A DNA stretch of 64,000 nt, from NCBI GenBank assembly GCA_964106645.2, contig OZ067038.1; one strand, given 5' to 3'. A program made the translations under genes and the position numbers. This stretch comes from Podarcis pityusensis (Eukaryota). Positions 49,401 to 62,893 of the stretch are shown in pieces (positions within the stretch are counted from its first letter, which is position 1; each line of letters begins with the position of its first letter). Below the pieces are notes generated by a model. It ran no database searches and was not told the DNA's origin. It worked only from the letters and a program-made list of their open reading frames with translations.

Positions 49401-52400
49401 TTATTCTTCAGGGGTAAGGGGGAAAGAGAACAGGAAGCTTTCTTCTCAACTGTGAATTGGGGAGAGCTGGTTATGACAAATGACAGAACTGGCACTGATA
49501 TTTGGCTATTCCTTCTCCTTCAAAGTACACTTCCAAAACTATTTAAATATTTTCACTGGCCTACATTAGGGATTCTTAACCAAAGGTCCATGGATGGGCT
49601 TCAGGAAGTCTGTGAACAAAGGGAGGGGGGGAACCTTCCATTGCAACAAACGTTTGTGTGCATGTGTGTGTGTTTATGTGCATTTTTCTGGGAAGGAAGT
49701 CTATAGCTTTCATCAAATCCTCAAAAGGGTCTGTGGGCCAAAACAGGTTAAGAACTATTGACCTATATACCTACAACAAGTATTGGGACACTGCAAACAG
49801 AGAAGTCCGTCTGGCCTTCCCCTTCATCTACTCCTAGTGCTGTACGATCTATTGGTTCTTAGTCTTTTCTGTCCTAGCCATGTTTGGATTCAAGCAGGTA
49901 AGGGAGGCCTTGTCATCTCTTTTCAAATTTTGCACAAGCCACCTATGAATGCCTTTCTTCTCATCATCTGTGACATGGAGGGTGAATTCTCACTGCAGTG
50001 CCTGTTCAGGTCTAAGGAAGGTTAGGCAGGCACATCCTGCAAGGGAAGTTCCTTCACAGGCACCTTCTCTTCATGTTTGCAATCTTAAAAAAACAACCCT
50101 CTAAGTGATAGACTGAGAACACATTGTGAGCCGCATTCACCCTGCTTAATTTCACACCATTTTATCCCAGTGTACCCAACAAGACTCTTGGTGGGATGTT
50201 TCAAGCTGTTAACCTTACCCTCCGGTCTCCTGCTGTGATGTTCTGAAGAGCCCCAGAGGCTGCCTCCGTGGTGTGCTTGTTTAGCTCACATCTCTGTAGC
50301 AGCCTGTTGTACACTCCTATAATTTGAGGGTTCCACAGCCACTCCATCCCTTTGGGATCCTTAGAGACCTCTGTGAAAGTCACAATGTCTGAGTTCATGT
50401 GGAGCTTGGGAGGGAAAGAAAGAGAATGTTCAATGACCATTCTATGGGGGTCTAGAGAACCGTTTTCTACCATATCATCCCCTTCATACCTTGCCCAGAC
50501 CTCAGCTCATGCACTGTTTCCATCATGGCGGTCATCCATTTCTATGGACAAAGCTTCTCACGCCTTAAATCCACTTCAATCTCTTTTGGGATCTTACTCG
50601 CTTCTTAATTGCTTCTCATGTGTTCACTTCACTGTATCATTAATTCCCAGCATTCAATGTGAAAGTACTGGGAGGAGCTTACACCTCCACTGATAACGCT
50701 CTGGATCTCCTTGGGGATGTCACCCTCACACCCTGAAAAGCAACTTCTATTCTAGTGCTTAGATCAAGCAACAGGCATGATGAGGATCAAGGCAACAACC
50801 ACTGATCTGAAAGTTCTTCCCACTCATCTCTGAAATTGGGGGTTTCATTGTAGTTACTCAGAACCAAGCAAAATGTCTTCACATTTTCAGGGATACTTTA
50901 ACAAACTCTTACTTCATATTCTGAGGATGGGGGATGAACGCCAACAATAAAAACACATGTTTGGGCAGAGCCCTGGCACAAATTAAGCTATGCAGACTTC
51001 AGATGCACAGACCCCTTCATAGGCTCACTTCACCATCTCTTAACATAATAACAATAACAATTTATTATTTATACCCCGCCCATCTGGCTGGGTTTCCTCA
51101 GCCACTCTGAGCAGCTCCCAACCGAATATTAAAAAGACAATGCAGCAATTCCTTACCTTATGCAACATTTGCTGCCAGGCCCTTCTTTCTATCCCCCATA
51201 ATAACACCATTTGCCCTCTCACCTCTCGAGCTCTCCTGCCCTGTGGGCTGAAGCATCCAACCAGCTCGCTAGTCATGGTTGGCCCCTCGCCCCTCCTTTG
51301 GCCTTCCAGTCTCTGGAGTGCAGAAGGAGGCATCTCATCATAGAGACGGTAGGAGAGGTTGCGCAGTACACAGACGGCATTCTCTACACTCTGTAGGGAC
51401 AACAAAAGCGGGGTGTGCTCTTAAACGAACCATTTACAGCAAATTTTCCAATGCAAAGTATTTCTTTTTCTTTCTTTTGGCAAGCCCTTAAGGAATTATG
51501 TTTTTAAGTGGTTGCTGTGGATTGTATTATAAGATGCTGTTCTGTGTAGATTTCAGTATTTTATGTATTTTTGTTTGTGTTTGATTCTTCTCGTCAGCTG
51601 CCTCAGGCAAAAATTTGGAGAAGCCCCAAATGTAAAATATTATGCATACACACACACATAATTTATATTTTGCCTTTCCAGTTTTTTACTGGAAGCAGCT
51701 TACAAGAAGACTCCTCCCTGGCTTTGGAGTCAGGATAAGGGATATGGGCTACATCTGTGCTTGGAGACATCTGCACTCCACTTCTGCCAAGAATGAGAAA
51801 GGCTAGGAATGGAGATTCCCAGGCAGCTCTGACCCAAGGAGCAACCAAGCATATTTGATTGTATTGAACCCGTGCAGCCCAGGCACAGAAAAATGCATTA
51901 TTTCACGGTCTACAGAAAACTTAGATTATTTTACTTAGATGTATAGAAACAGTCAAATTCAAGTCTTTTTAAACCCACAAATCACATTTTAGCTGACTTG
52001 TTTGCTGCAGATACCCTGAATTTTAATGGAAGAATTCAATATACTCTTATCTGACCACTTACAAGCTAATACGACTTTTATTCTTTCTTGTATTTTATGT
52101 TGCCCTTCCTCCAAGGTGCTCATTATAGCATACATGGTCTTCTGTGATGTAGGTTAGCCAAGTATCAGTGCTTGGCTGAAGATCATCCTGCGAGTTTCAT
52201 TGCTAAGGGCAGATCTGAACCAAGGACATTCGAGCCCTAGTCTGATGCTCTGTTCACTACACTACATGAATAAGGGTTGCTTTACACTTTCCATTTTTGG
52301 GTGTACACCAAAAATTCCATATGTCTGTCTAAACTGAAAAGTGTAAAAAACACATTTCTCTCTCTCTCACACACACACACACGCCTTGTGATTGGCTGTA

Positions 52401-55400
52401 GCACCAATCTGAGTGTACACTTGTTGGCAGACCTTGCTTTGTCTACGTGTAATGTGTGAAGTGGCTTGCCGTGTCTTTGGACTGCTTCCCAAAGTCTGTC
52501 TGAAAAGCTCATGTCAGGAAAAGTAACAAAGGAAGTTTTGACTTATGGCAAGGGTGGAGAACCTTGGGTCCTCCAGAAGTTGCTGAACTACAACTCCCAC
52601 CAGCCCTAGCAAGCAAGGCCAGTGGGCCAGTGATGATGACGGCTGTTATACAGTAATATATGGGGGGAGGGGGCAAAGGTTCTCCCCACCGACTTAGGGG
52701 GAGGTCTCCTACTTGAGGCAGACTATCAACCTACTCTTGGCTCTCTCAGAGAAAACATGCATGAGGCAGTCATACCAGAGAATAATACTCTGAAAGCCAG
52801 CAGCATCCATAGATAATTGATGTATGTTTTGCCCTTCCTGTATTATGATTAAGATGGCTTAAGAAACAGATGACTTCTGCATGCTCTCTTTAAAAACAGA
52901 GTAATTTCCAAAACAGAATTACTCTTGACTAGAACATGAGCCGGGATCTAGAAGTCTGCTGCTTCTCTGCCACCACCTGACAAGAACAGATCTGGTGGAT
53001 GTAAGGAACAAAAGCATCGCCCAGCTTGGTACAGAAGAATGAAACTACAACCTCGGCTTAAGAAGATGGCCCTCAGTGATTTAGGGAGAAATCATTCCAC
53101 ATCACAATTGTTTACATGTACAAGAATAACCACAGAGAACTTGGCCTTGGAATAAAGATCTCTTGGCCTTGTGTAGATAATGGTTCAGCCACAGCCGCAG
53201 CACATTACAAGGCAACCAGCTAACAAGGGGAGGACTCACCTTGTCCTCTGACTTCCCTACTTCTAGTGAGCTATTAATGTAATTGACCATGGAGTCTACC
53301 AGCCCATGGCATTCACGCATTTTCTGACGAGTTTGCTGGCTGGCAGAGCTAAGATTCCTAGAAGGGAAACACAAAAGCATGTCATCACAAGGAATAATAT
53401 TCCTGTCACCTGAGACCTGCCATCACACCTTAAAAGGTCAAACTAATTAATATACTAAATACAGAAAGCAGGAGATTCTGCCAGGTACATATCAGAGGGA
53501 AGCAGCATCTCTCGGGTAAATTATTCTGCTTGACCTGGCAGCTGCATATATATAAGGCAGAGAAAGAACATGATCTTGACAATGGAACCCCTAAAGTAGA
53601 CTGCAGACCTAACCCTACTTACCTGAGAGCAAGGCCTGTTGAATTCAATAGAAATTGTCTCTGAGTAAACATAGTTAGGGCTGCACTTTGAGTCTCACTG
53701 TCAGGGGCAGCCAAATGAGATCCATGCAAAGAGAAATGGGCAGGGCTGCATTGTCAGTCAAACTGGCCCATTTTACAATCCACGACAGAGCCCCATAAGC
53801 TATTCATAGACACCGCTAATAAGTGTGACGTTCTTGGCTTTAAAAATCAAAAGTGCCGTTTCATTGTGTGCATTGTTTAACAGTTAAACATTGCTTAACT
53901 GAAGTGCATTGTTTAACAGTCCCCTCCCAACCCCTTGCTTCTGTCCTGGATGGTGCACCAATTGATTGTTCATGCCATCTTAGTCAGCAGCAATGTACTA
54001 AGAGAAGGGCAGAGTGCAAATGACAACATTGGTGCCAGCTTACACTATGGACCACTTTGACCTGCCATGGAAGCTTTTACAGTGTAAAAGCAGCGCTGCC
54101 TCTGTTTCTTTAATATTGCTTCACCAAGGATATTGAAATATTGCTACATCATGCATAGCTTTCCCAAGTTGGTCTTATAAGGATCCAATAGCCATGGAAT
54201 ATGACTTTCCTTTAGTAAGGAGAAATACCTGAGGAAGCCAGTAGCATTGTAGAAGATTTCTGCCTCTGAGGCATTTTGCTGGATAAGAGCAGCATTGCCT
54301 GTCCCAGACAGGGGAATCAAGACCAGGTCTGTGAGCTTCTCCAGGGTGTCACGGGCCAGGCGGTCCTTGAGGTTATCGCTGGAAGACAGATTCCAGAGGA
54401 TTCCTGCAGAGCAATGAGACAAGCATGTGTAAGGAAACTTCACTACAGAAACCACTGCTCCACAAGATGGGGAAACTCACAGCTTCCTGAGGAACTAAGC
54501 AGGAAGTAGTGTGTTTTTTTCATGCCTAGGTGGCTCCCATGTCCTATTAAATCATCATCACTGTGCAAAATGCTTCACAGTCTTTACACACTTGTCGTCA
54601 GGATAAACCTGCACGTTAGGCCACTCATACTTTAGATTCACAGATAAGCAACTGAGGCCCAGTTTACAGGAACATTTCCTGACATGTGCCAGCAAAACAG
54701 CAGGTTGCGGAGATCAGTCCTATGAAGGCCCTGACATCCCTTGACTTGGCCTGCTATTTCCTAGGACAACCCAGACCTAAAAGGTGTTTCAAAGCATTCC
54801 CACAAATACAGTGGTACCTTGGCTTAAGTACTTAATTCGTTCTGGAGGTCCGTTCCTAACCTGAAACTGTTCTTAATCTGAAGCACCACTTTAGCTAATG
54901 GGGCCTCCTGCTGCCGCCGTGCCACCGGAGCACAATTTCTGTTCTCATCCTGAAGCAAAGTTCTTAACCTGAAGCACTATTTCTGGGTTAGCGGAGTCTG
55001 TAACCTGAAGTGTATGTAACCTGAAGCATATGTAACCCGAGGTACCACTGTACTTGTCATGTGGAAACATGGCAGTCTGCCACAGTGGCTTCCCCTTGTC
55101 ACCAGCCTGGCACAGGGCAACTTTCTCAAGGTCACCCAGTACACCTATTCTCTGAACAGGGCTGTGAAACAAGGTACCTCAAGCCCCAGGCCCTTATTTT
55201 CTTCAGTTCTTCATAAAGGGAAGAACTGTAGCTCAGTGGCAGAGCATCTGCTTTGCATGCAGAAAGGTCCAGGGTTCAATCCCCAGCATCTCCAGGTAGG
55301 GCTGGAAATCTCCCCCATATGAAACCCTTGGGAGCTGCTGCCAGTCAGTGAAGACAACACTGAGTTATACAGACCAGTGTTCTGACTTGATATAAGGCAG

Positions 55401-57432
55401 CTTGCTATATGTTCCTTTCCTATAAATAGCACATGGCTTGCTATCTGCTGAATGGTTTTACTGGAACTCATCATACTTCATTTGATTTGGGGTTCTATGT
55501 ACAGTGCTACCTCAGGTTACATACACTTCAGGTTACATACACTTCAGGTTACATACGCTTCAGGTTACATACTCCACTAACCCAGAAATAGTACTTTGTT
55601 TCAGGATGCGAACAGAAATCATGCTTTGGCGGCGCGGCAGCAGCAGCAGGCCCCATTAGCTAAAGTGGTACCTCAGGTTAACAACAATTTCAGGTTAAGA
55701 ACGGACCTCCGGAACGAATTAAGTACTTAACCCGAGGTACCACTGTATAGGGTGTTTCCTTGAAGTTGGTCATGACATCTCCAGACAGCTATCCCTTTAA
55801 ACATTAAGAGTAGCTAGGAAGCAGCCTCCCACACTATGCTATTTAAAGTACAGTTGAAGTGAATTGGAAAATCAATGTAAAAAAGCAAATATCAATCAAC
55901 CATGTTCAAAACCTTCTTATAAACCCTGCAAAGCAATTAACCAGTTCCAAAGGGATAAAATAACAAAGCACTGAAAATCCAAGTATCTGCTCTGCAAATT
56001 TTGCAAGAAGCAATTTCAAAAGAATAGCTATATTTGCCACTCAGTTGTATGCTTTTGTTCAATGGGCAAGGTGGCCTCAGGATTCCAATATACAAACACG
56101 AAACTCTTTGGACTGATATCCTGGAATAAGTAAGAAGACATTACTTTCCTACTTATCAAATGAAACTAAGAAAATTTTCTATCTACATTAGTATTGTGAA
56201 AATGATGTACCACATGATGCTGTGGTTGTTTAAATATATAAAATGATGGGTGGGTTTTGTTTTTTTTAAGAGAGTAGATCTATTTGCTCCAGCACATTTT
56301 CAAAGCTCAAATCCACAACTACAGAAATTTCAAAATGAACAAAAATGTACCGTTCAAAAAGGGGGACATATTCTGATCTCCTTGTGGTGGCAGCACTTCC
56401 TTCTATTCATATGGTTTCCAAGGGTATACCTAATTATTTTGGAACGGGTGCTTGAAGTGTTGATTCCTTGTGGCAAATGGATCATTTGAAGGTTCCATCC
56501 CAGTACAAATATCAACATGTGTGTGTGTGTGTAAGATAACTGCTAATTTTAGTGGGGCCGCTATAGATGAAAATATTAGAATGTTGAGCTATTATCTGCT
56601 AACCACGCAAATCAGCCTGAGTCACAGGATGAGACCAAACAGCAGCCCCAGCAACTCCTCCAAGAAATGACAGCAAGAGAAAGATGCAGACAGACGCCAT
56701 GTAGAAACTTGTATGGATCCAAGCCCTGTAAGACTGTCAACATTACTGGGATGCTTTACTACAAAGACAAGAATGGTTGAGTCACACAAACTTGTTGGAG
56801 CAAGACAGCCCTGCAGGCTCTGCCATGTGTCAATCGTGTTCTTCCAGGAACTCATCTAACCTCTTCCCTGTTACAGTTCCTCAAACCTGAGATCTTTCCT
56901 GCAGTACTGACAGGATAATGTTTGACTTGCTCAGCTTTGTCCAGACCAGCTTGCTCTTTTTTCTTTACCTCTACTGGGACGCTCTACATCAACAAACAGA
57001 CCAGATCCTCAGCCAGGCCCAGCACCATCTTTTGGAGGGGAGTGCTGGGCCATCTGCCCTCAGTGCCCCCAGCACAAACCAGCCCCCCAATACCCACCAT
57101 CACTTAGTTCCTTGGGCTGCAACCACTGGGCTCCCTCTTCCCCTAGCTCTGACATGGGCTCATCAGCCACTGCTCCGATTGGGTAAGCTGAATGGCAAAT
57201 GCAACCATGAGCTCCCCCCTTGAATTCACAGGTGAGTAGGGTTACTCTATGCCAACACTGGCAGGAGGACTGTAAAGGGCTGAATCAGAGCAGCCACCAG
57301 GCTCCCAGCACATTAAAGTGCTGCTAAGATAAGGGGCAGGGCAAGAAAAGTGTCAGTGCTGGTGTGCATGGACCCCTGGTTCCACTATGTTAGTAGGATC
57401 AACAGATATTCTGGATACAATTTTCAAGGAAG

Positions 57433-57488
<56 letters not shown>

Positions 57489-58349
57489 CTATTAAAATAT
57501 GCCCCAGAGAAAAAATGCATAGTCATTTTGAGAAACAGAGTAACACAATAGGCAATGGGGAGTAATCAAAATTTTACTGGGGAAGCTCTATTTAATGGAG
57601 AAACGAGATAAATCAGGATAAGTGAGAGCTTGGTTCTCACAGAGTTTGCATTGCTGTGGAAGCAGAGTAGGAATGAGAGTTCAGCCCACAAGAGTGCTTC
57701 CAAGAGCCAATATTCATTCACACATGAAACAAAGCTAACTGTATACGCCTCATGTTGGGATTGGATTGGGAGCACTAAGACATAAACCAGGGGAAAAGAT
57801 GTTGCAGTTCTGGAGGAAGAAATCTGTATTTATACAGATTTTAGTATGAAAGGGCTAGGTAAGTAATTGGGTGAGAGAAGATAAAGAAGATGAGGAAGGA
57901 AATTCCCATAAAAGAGTGAGTGGCAGGCATGATAAAAGGAGTGAGTTTTAACCTGCTTCAGGAGAAAACTAAAGGCATGGTGCAGATTTGGATGGGATTT
58001 ATCCAGCCTGAGATTGTGCACTGGTGATGATGAAGGATTTGGATTATAGGGAAGGGAACTATTACATAAAAGCTAGCAAAGTGGACAAGTTTGTCTGATT
58101 TAGAAAGTGAGCCTTGCACAGCACAGCAATTCACCCTGTCCGACTGGGACAAGTGGAACAACAAATCAATAAATGCATCAGTGCTATGTTTGCTTTAAAT
58201 GTTTTCAGATTGCTGATTTGCCTACGACATGTCTCAGTAGGATACCCTGTATACAGGAAAGGTAAGGAAACATGCCCACAAAACATATTATAAATTTTGT
58301 CATGTGGGTTGCAAAAAGTGGGAGATCAGCATGTGTGTGCACGCGCGCG

Positions 58350-58394
<45 letters not shown>

Positions 58395-60716
58395 CTACAG
58401 GCAGGCAAGAATGCAGTTGTCTTGTCTCCTCCCCACCCCCAATCCATATATACCAGCAGCAAAAGGCTAATCTCATGCACAGAACGAGGTATGCCCTGGG
58501 CTGTGATATCTGGGGATTACTCTTTCCATCCTCTGATTGTATTCAGCTAAAGCCACTTTCACAGACTCCACCATGCTTGTAATAAGCGTTAAAGCTCATT
58601 GCATCATAGCTCCTAGACCTAACTTTCCCATTAGCCTGGTATTAGATTAGACAATCAGAGCCTGTTGGGCAGGATTAGGAAAGCCCTTTTGTAAGAGAAG
58701 CAAATGTAATCTCTCCTGTTGGCTGGACCTCTATATTCAGTGCCCTTGCTCTCTCCCAGCGCAAAAGACAGTTTCAGACAGGCTGGAGTCAGGTCCCAAC
58801 CCACACCCTGGCCCTCCCTACCACCTATATTTATCACCTTCCTTTGCACACCATGACATACAGAGCAACTAGAGTGCGTAATCTGAGGATTTGGAACTCC
58901 CTCCCCCAGCCCACGAAGCGCTCCGGATTCTGCCAGGTTTTATGTTTTCCTCTATGAGGATTTGCTGGTGCTTATCCCAGTTCTCTTTGTGAATGGGCAC
59001 GGGTGCCAATCTGAGCTCAGAGAGTGTTTCAATAAACTGGGAGTTGCTAGTGTCCTGCTGATTTCTTCTGTTCACAGATTAGTGTGCCTTCAAGCTTTTT
59101 GTGAATTGAGAAATGAGACACCTGGAAAATTTGAGCTGAGTTGCAGGGGGTGGGGGTGGGGGGAGGAGGTGTGGCTAGTTCTGAAGGGGACCTGGGACAA
59201 AAGGGAGGGGAGCAGCATAGAGAAAAAAGCTCTGGATGCGAATGTATTGTGTGCAGTGCAAAAGATGATGCAGGTGCAGGCAAGGTGATTCATGGGCCAA
59301 ATGCAATTAGATTATGGGCCAAATGCAATTAAGGTGCATGGAAAAAGACCAAAGTTGGTCTTCATATACAAATTCAAATACATGCAGGTGTGGGCTAATC
59401 TAGTCTTATTTGAAGGCGGAGTGGGGTGTGGATTTAATAACAGCAAAATACTGCTCAAATGTAGGCAAGCCCTTACTTTGCATGCAGAAGGTCCCGGGTT
59501 CAATTCCTGGCACCTCCAGGAGAGCTGGAAAATTTGTATTGTATTGTCTCAGGGCAGTTCACAGTATTTCCATGTTCATGCAGTTTTTGGCCCTGGTTCA
59601 TAGTCAGTTGCATGTGTTAGTAATGCCAACCTTTTTGGACACAGGAGTTAAGAGCCCGGTTCTATAGTCCACTTGCTTGGGGATGCCACCAAAAATAGTT
59701 TCCCCAAGACATGTTGTCTCCCTCCTGCTGGAATATCTGACCACTACCACAAGGATCAGGGCCATCATGTTTCTGCTCTCCTAACAGTGGTAGCCAAACC
59801 CATGGAGTACAGGCAGGCAGAATCCAAGCTGCAGCAAGCACTCCTAGGAGTGACAGTAGGGCAGGGGCTACTCATGGGGAGACTATTTGGGGCAGCAGCT
59901 CTGTGGCAAATATAATGCGCAGCTCTAAGCACTGGAGAGCTTGCCTCATCATAACTTGCCCGATGCAAACTTCTCTCACCTGTGACATTCTTGCGCAACT
60001 CATCATCTTGCTCGCATAAAGTGCGCATCAGCTCATAGATCCCGTTTTCTTCCACCAGGGCCAGCTTGTTTTCAGCATTGTCATAGATGAGGTTGCGCAT
60101 GGCTCCAGTGGCATGGCGCTGCACCTCATGGTTGGAGTTGTTGAAGAGCTTCACTAGTTTGGGCACGGCTTGGAGGCTGCGAGCCTGTTGAGGCAGAGAG
60201 ACAGGGACAGAAAGAGTAGTACACTTGTCAGAGAGAAACAAGAAAGCAGGTCTCTGCGTGGAACTTTTCAGTATGCCATGCCACCTAAGGCTGCCTGCTC
60301 TGTTCTCATTCCAGATAACTTACTCATCCCCACAGGCAAGAGCCCAATGCATCAGAATGAGTGCTGTTGCAGGCTTTTCAATGAGATGTATCAGTGACTA
60401 AACCTGCAGTCCACATTGGTCCCCCTGGGAAACAAGCTCAGGCCCTTGACATGGCACGTTCCCAGTATCACCTTGGGATATGCCTCTGCTGCCTCACCTG
60501 TTTCTTGGCATCATTGTCACTATAGCATTTGTGCTGGATGTAGGCAGCTCCAAGCACCTGTAGGTTGGGGTCACTGGCCATCAGGTATTTCACCGCAGAA
60601 GGGAGATCAATGTCATCAAACCTGAAAACCAAGGCCTAGTTAGAGGGAATAGTGTGCATTTTCCCATCTTCACCTCATTCACATAGAGCTCTAATAAATG
60701 TCCCCTGAATACTGTG

Positions 60717-60760
<44 letters not shown>

Positions 60761-62893
60761 CAAATGTATATTAAGCAAATCTTAATGTCTTTATTTTATC
60801 ATGTTTGCAGATTGGAGGTATACAAAGGGTTTTTCTTTTCTTTTCTTTTTTGCAAAACCAAAAGTATTTTGTAAAAAAGAGCGAGGGATAGAGGGGTTTG
60901 GAATTGAGAATTAGATGGCAAAGGAGAAGACTGCAAACAGGCATGAAGGACAGTAGGGTCCAGCACAGCAGAAAAGCACACTGAGTAACAACTGCAACCT
61001 TTGGTCAGGCTTACTCTGTTTTCTGAACCCTTACTATTTGGTTCTCGCAGTTCTGTGCCTTTCTTCCTAACTGCAATGGCTAGATGCATTCTTTGTTCTT
61101 CAAAACTATGAGACTGGAGAGTCTCAGAATGAAAGATACCAGAATGGATTCCAGGTTCTGTGCTTCCACAATGGATATGCTGAAAACAGAAAGCTAAGTA
61201 TAGTATTCCACCCCACACCCACCAAGGAAATTACAGAATGGGTTTCTGGGTTTCCCCCCCCCTGCTGTTATTCTGTCTCTCACAGCTACAAAAAACCTAT
61301 CATTAAAATTATGGACTGGTCAGAGGGCAAACAGGCAAACTTGGCAAGGGGTCAAATACTTCCCCCCCCTCACTGTAAGTCAACACCCTACTAGCCATAA
61401 ACAAGTGGATTGACAGAGGCTGTCACATCGCCTTGGCCAGGGGTAGGCAACCTAAGGACGGATGCGTCTCAATTGCCTTCTCAATCTGGCCCGCGGACAG
61501 TCCGGAAATCAGCGTGTTTTTACATGAGTAGAATGTGTGCTTTTATTTAAAATGCATCTTTGGGTTATTTGTGGGGCCTGCCTGGTGTTTTTACATGAGT
61601 AGAATGTGTGCTTTTATTTAAAATGCATCTCTGGGTTATTTGTGGGGCCTGCCTGGTGTTTTGACATGAGTAGAATGTGTGCTTTTATTTAAAATGCATC
61701 TCTGGGTTATTTGTGGGGCATAGAAATTCATTCATTTTTTTTTTTTCAAAATATAGTCTGGCCTACCACATGGTCTGAGGGACGGTAGACTGGCCCACGA
61801 CTGAAAAAGGTTGCTGACCCCTGGCCTTGGCTTTGGCTTCAGGATGTTACATTCAAAGCACCCTAACATGAAGTTTTGGAATTATGGGGGAAAGAAGAGT
61901 AGAAGTCCTATCATCTTCTTTGAAGCACCATCAGTTGTACTTTGCTGCTAGAGTAAAGGCATACTTCCAGAGAGGGACAACATTCATATGACTCACTGAG
62001 CAGCATTAAACAAGTGATGATCAACTACTTCAATAAAAAAATATCACCAAGGGAGGAAGAACACTATGCTCTGTGTCCCTGATTGTTCCTCTTTTTTTAG
62101 ACCACCTCCACTGGGAACAGAGTGCCCCACACCCTGCAAGTAAACCGCAGGACACTCACCCTCCAGAGAAGGACTGCTGAGACATCAGTGTGTTGTGACC
62201 GTCGTACATGTCAATGGCACGCAGGTCTTGCAAATGGTGGTTGGAGTCAGCCAAGCTGCGCACAGAGGGGGCACGGGAACTGCGTTCCATCATTCCTGCA
62301 TAGGAGTTCCCAGCCTGAGAAGCCTGGACCGTGCCATAGGTGCCCGTGCTAAGGCGGGAGCGGTTGTTGCTCTGGAAGCGCTGCAAGGTGCGCATGGCTG
62401 GCGCACGGATGACAGGCCTGTTCTGCGGTGCCTCCACACCATCCATCCAGTCGATGGGCCCCTTCATGCCAGCGTTGGAGCCAGCGCTCATCTGCCTTTC
62501 AAAGGTGTAGGATCTGCTGAAGCCGCCACCTGCCCGGTTTTTGTAGAGCGCTGCCTGGGCCAGTGGATCCAGCTGCTCAGACACAATGCTGTAGTGGTCA
62601 TCCACACCCCCAGGACTGCCTGGCCCATCCGCCAGGCGCAGGGAGCGCAGGGACATGGTGTCATAGTTCTGATGCCCCCGGTAGTTCCGCTCGTGAAAAG
62701 ACCTGGGGCGGGGGGCAGTGCCGGCAGACTGAGACATTGTGTAATTTGGGCTATAAGCCAGGCCCTTCGGCCCAACGCCATTGCTGATGGAGGCCATTCT
62801 CTTGTTGGGTCTGAGGTCCACCGCTGAGCGAGAGGACCAGCTAGTAGTTTTCATGGTGCTGTAACCTTTCTTTCCAGCTGGTGGTTGGTACAG
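46461..62893 (-). CDS. PKP3: Plakophilin-3 (armadillo-repeat desmosomal protein), partial: 11 C-terminal coding exons; N-terminal exons beyond the window end
   Basis: Exons 62160-62893, 60498-60621, 59980-60184, 54229-54403, 53240-53357, 51223-51390, 50219-50404, 49041-49194, 48653-48845, 47838-47925, 46461-46496. All are GT-AG with matching phases, and the peptides match recalled human PKP3. Confidence 0.97.
47100..47504. mobile_element. Tc1/mariner element family B (short form, internal minisatellite)
   Basis: TA|CAGTGGTGCCTCGCAAGACG...CGTCTTGCGGGGCACCACTG|TA; ends shared with the 33218 element. Confidence 0.9.
47838..47925 (-). CDS. PKP3: PKP3 penultimate exon
   Basis: SDSEKSSRAASSLLTNMWQYSKLHRDYKT. 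Confidence 0.96.
48653..48845 (-). CDS. PKP3: PKP3 ARM exon
   Basis: TKVVSHLIEKLPGS...VVNIIAVLNNLVV...YFDGLRKLFYIKKKRD. Confidence 0.97.
49041..49194 (-). CDS. PKP3: PKP3 ARM exon
   Basis: WAGVLSRVALEQERILNPVLDRVRTADHHQLRSLTGLIRNLSRNARNKDEM. Confidence 0.97.
50219..50404 (-). CDS. PKP3: PKP3 ARM exon
   Basis: LHMNSDIVTFTEVSKDPKGMEWLWNPQI...GALQNITAGDRR; uncommon AAG acceptor. Confidence 0.95.
51223..51390 (-). CDS. PKP3: PKP3 ARM exon
   Basis: SVENAVCVLRNLSYRLYDEMPPSALQRLEG...VGCFSPQGRRARE. Confidence 0.97.
53240..53357 (-). CDS. PKP3: PKP3 ARM exon
   Basis: NLSSASQQTRQKMRECHGLVDSMVNYINSSLEVGKSEDK. Confidence 0.97.
54229..54403 (-). CDS. PKP3: PKP3 ARM exon
   Basis: GILWNLSSSDNLKDRLARDTLEKLTDLVL...EAEIFYNATGFLR. 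Confidence 0.97.
54809..55050. mobile_element. Tc1/mariner MITE family A
   Basis: TA-flanked, CAGTGGTACC TIRs; same orientation as the 39087 copy. Confidence 0.9.
55222..55415 (+). mobile_element. tRNA-derived SINE (Squam3-like)
   Basis: Box A TAGCTCAGTGG and box B GGTTCAATCCC; a partial copy lies at ~59452-59530. Confidence 0.8.
55502..55745. mobile_element. Tc1/mariner MITE family A
   Basis: TA-flanked; inverted relative to the 54809 copy; carries an extra cttcaggttacatac unit. Confidence 0.9.
57439..57486. repeat. (CA)n microsatellite
   Basis: Directly visible. Confidence 0.95.
58331..58393. repeat. (GT)n(GC)n(CA)n alternating purine-pyrimidine tract
   Basis: Directly visible. Confidence 0.95.
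59980..60184 (-). CDS. PKP3: PKP3 ARM exon
   Basis: ARSLQAVPKLVKLFNNSNHEVQRHATGAMRNLIYDN...LRKNVT. Confidence 0.97.
60498..60621 (-). CDS. PKP3: PKP3 exon (ARM start)
   Basis: FDDIDLPSAVKYLMASDPNLQVLGAAYIQHKCYSDNDAKKQ. Confidence 0.97.
60719..60757. repeat. (TA)n microsatellite
   Basis: Directly visible. Confidence 0.95.
61438..61823. mobile_element. hAT MITE (2866 family) with internal triplication
   Basis: Perfect 8-bp TSD gccttggc; a ~70-bp internal unit is present three times. Confidence 0.92.
62160..62893 (-). CDS. PKP3: PKP3 large head-domain exon
   Basis: SWSSRSAVDL...SFHER...YDTMSLRSLRL...IRAPAMRTLQRFQS...RAPSVRSL; acceptor tgtag, donor GG|GTGAGT. Confidence 0.96.

Noticed and set aside
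55222-55295. tRNA-like sequence
   Set aside because: It continues into a SINE body found in several copies and forms no intact cloverleaf; it is a SINE head, not a tRNA gene.
62195-62827. 210-aa + strand ORF (and other ORFs over 62122-62787)
   Set aside because: Antisense or alternate-frame shadow of the GC-rich PKP3 exon; no independent motifs.
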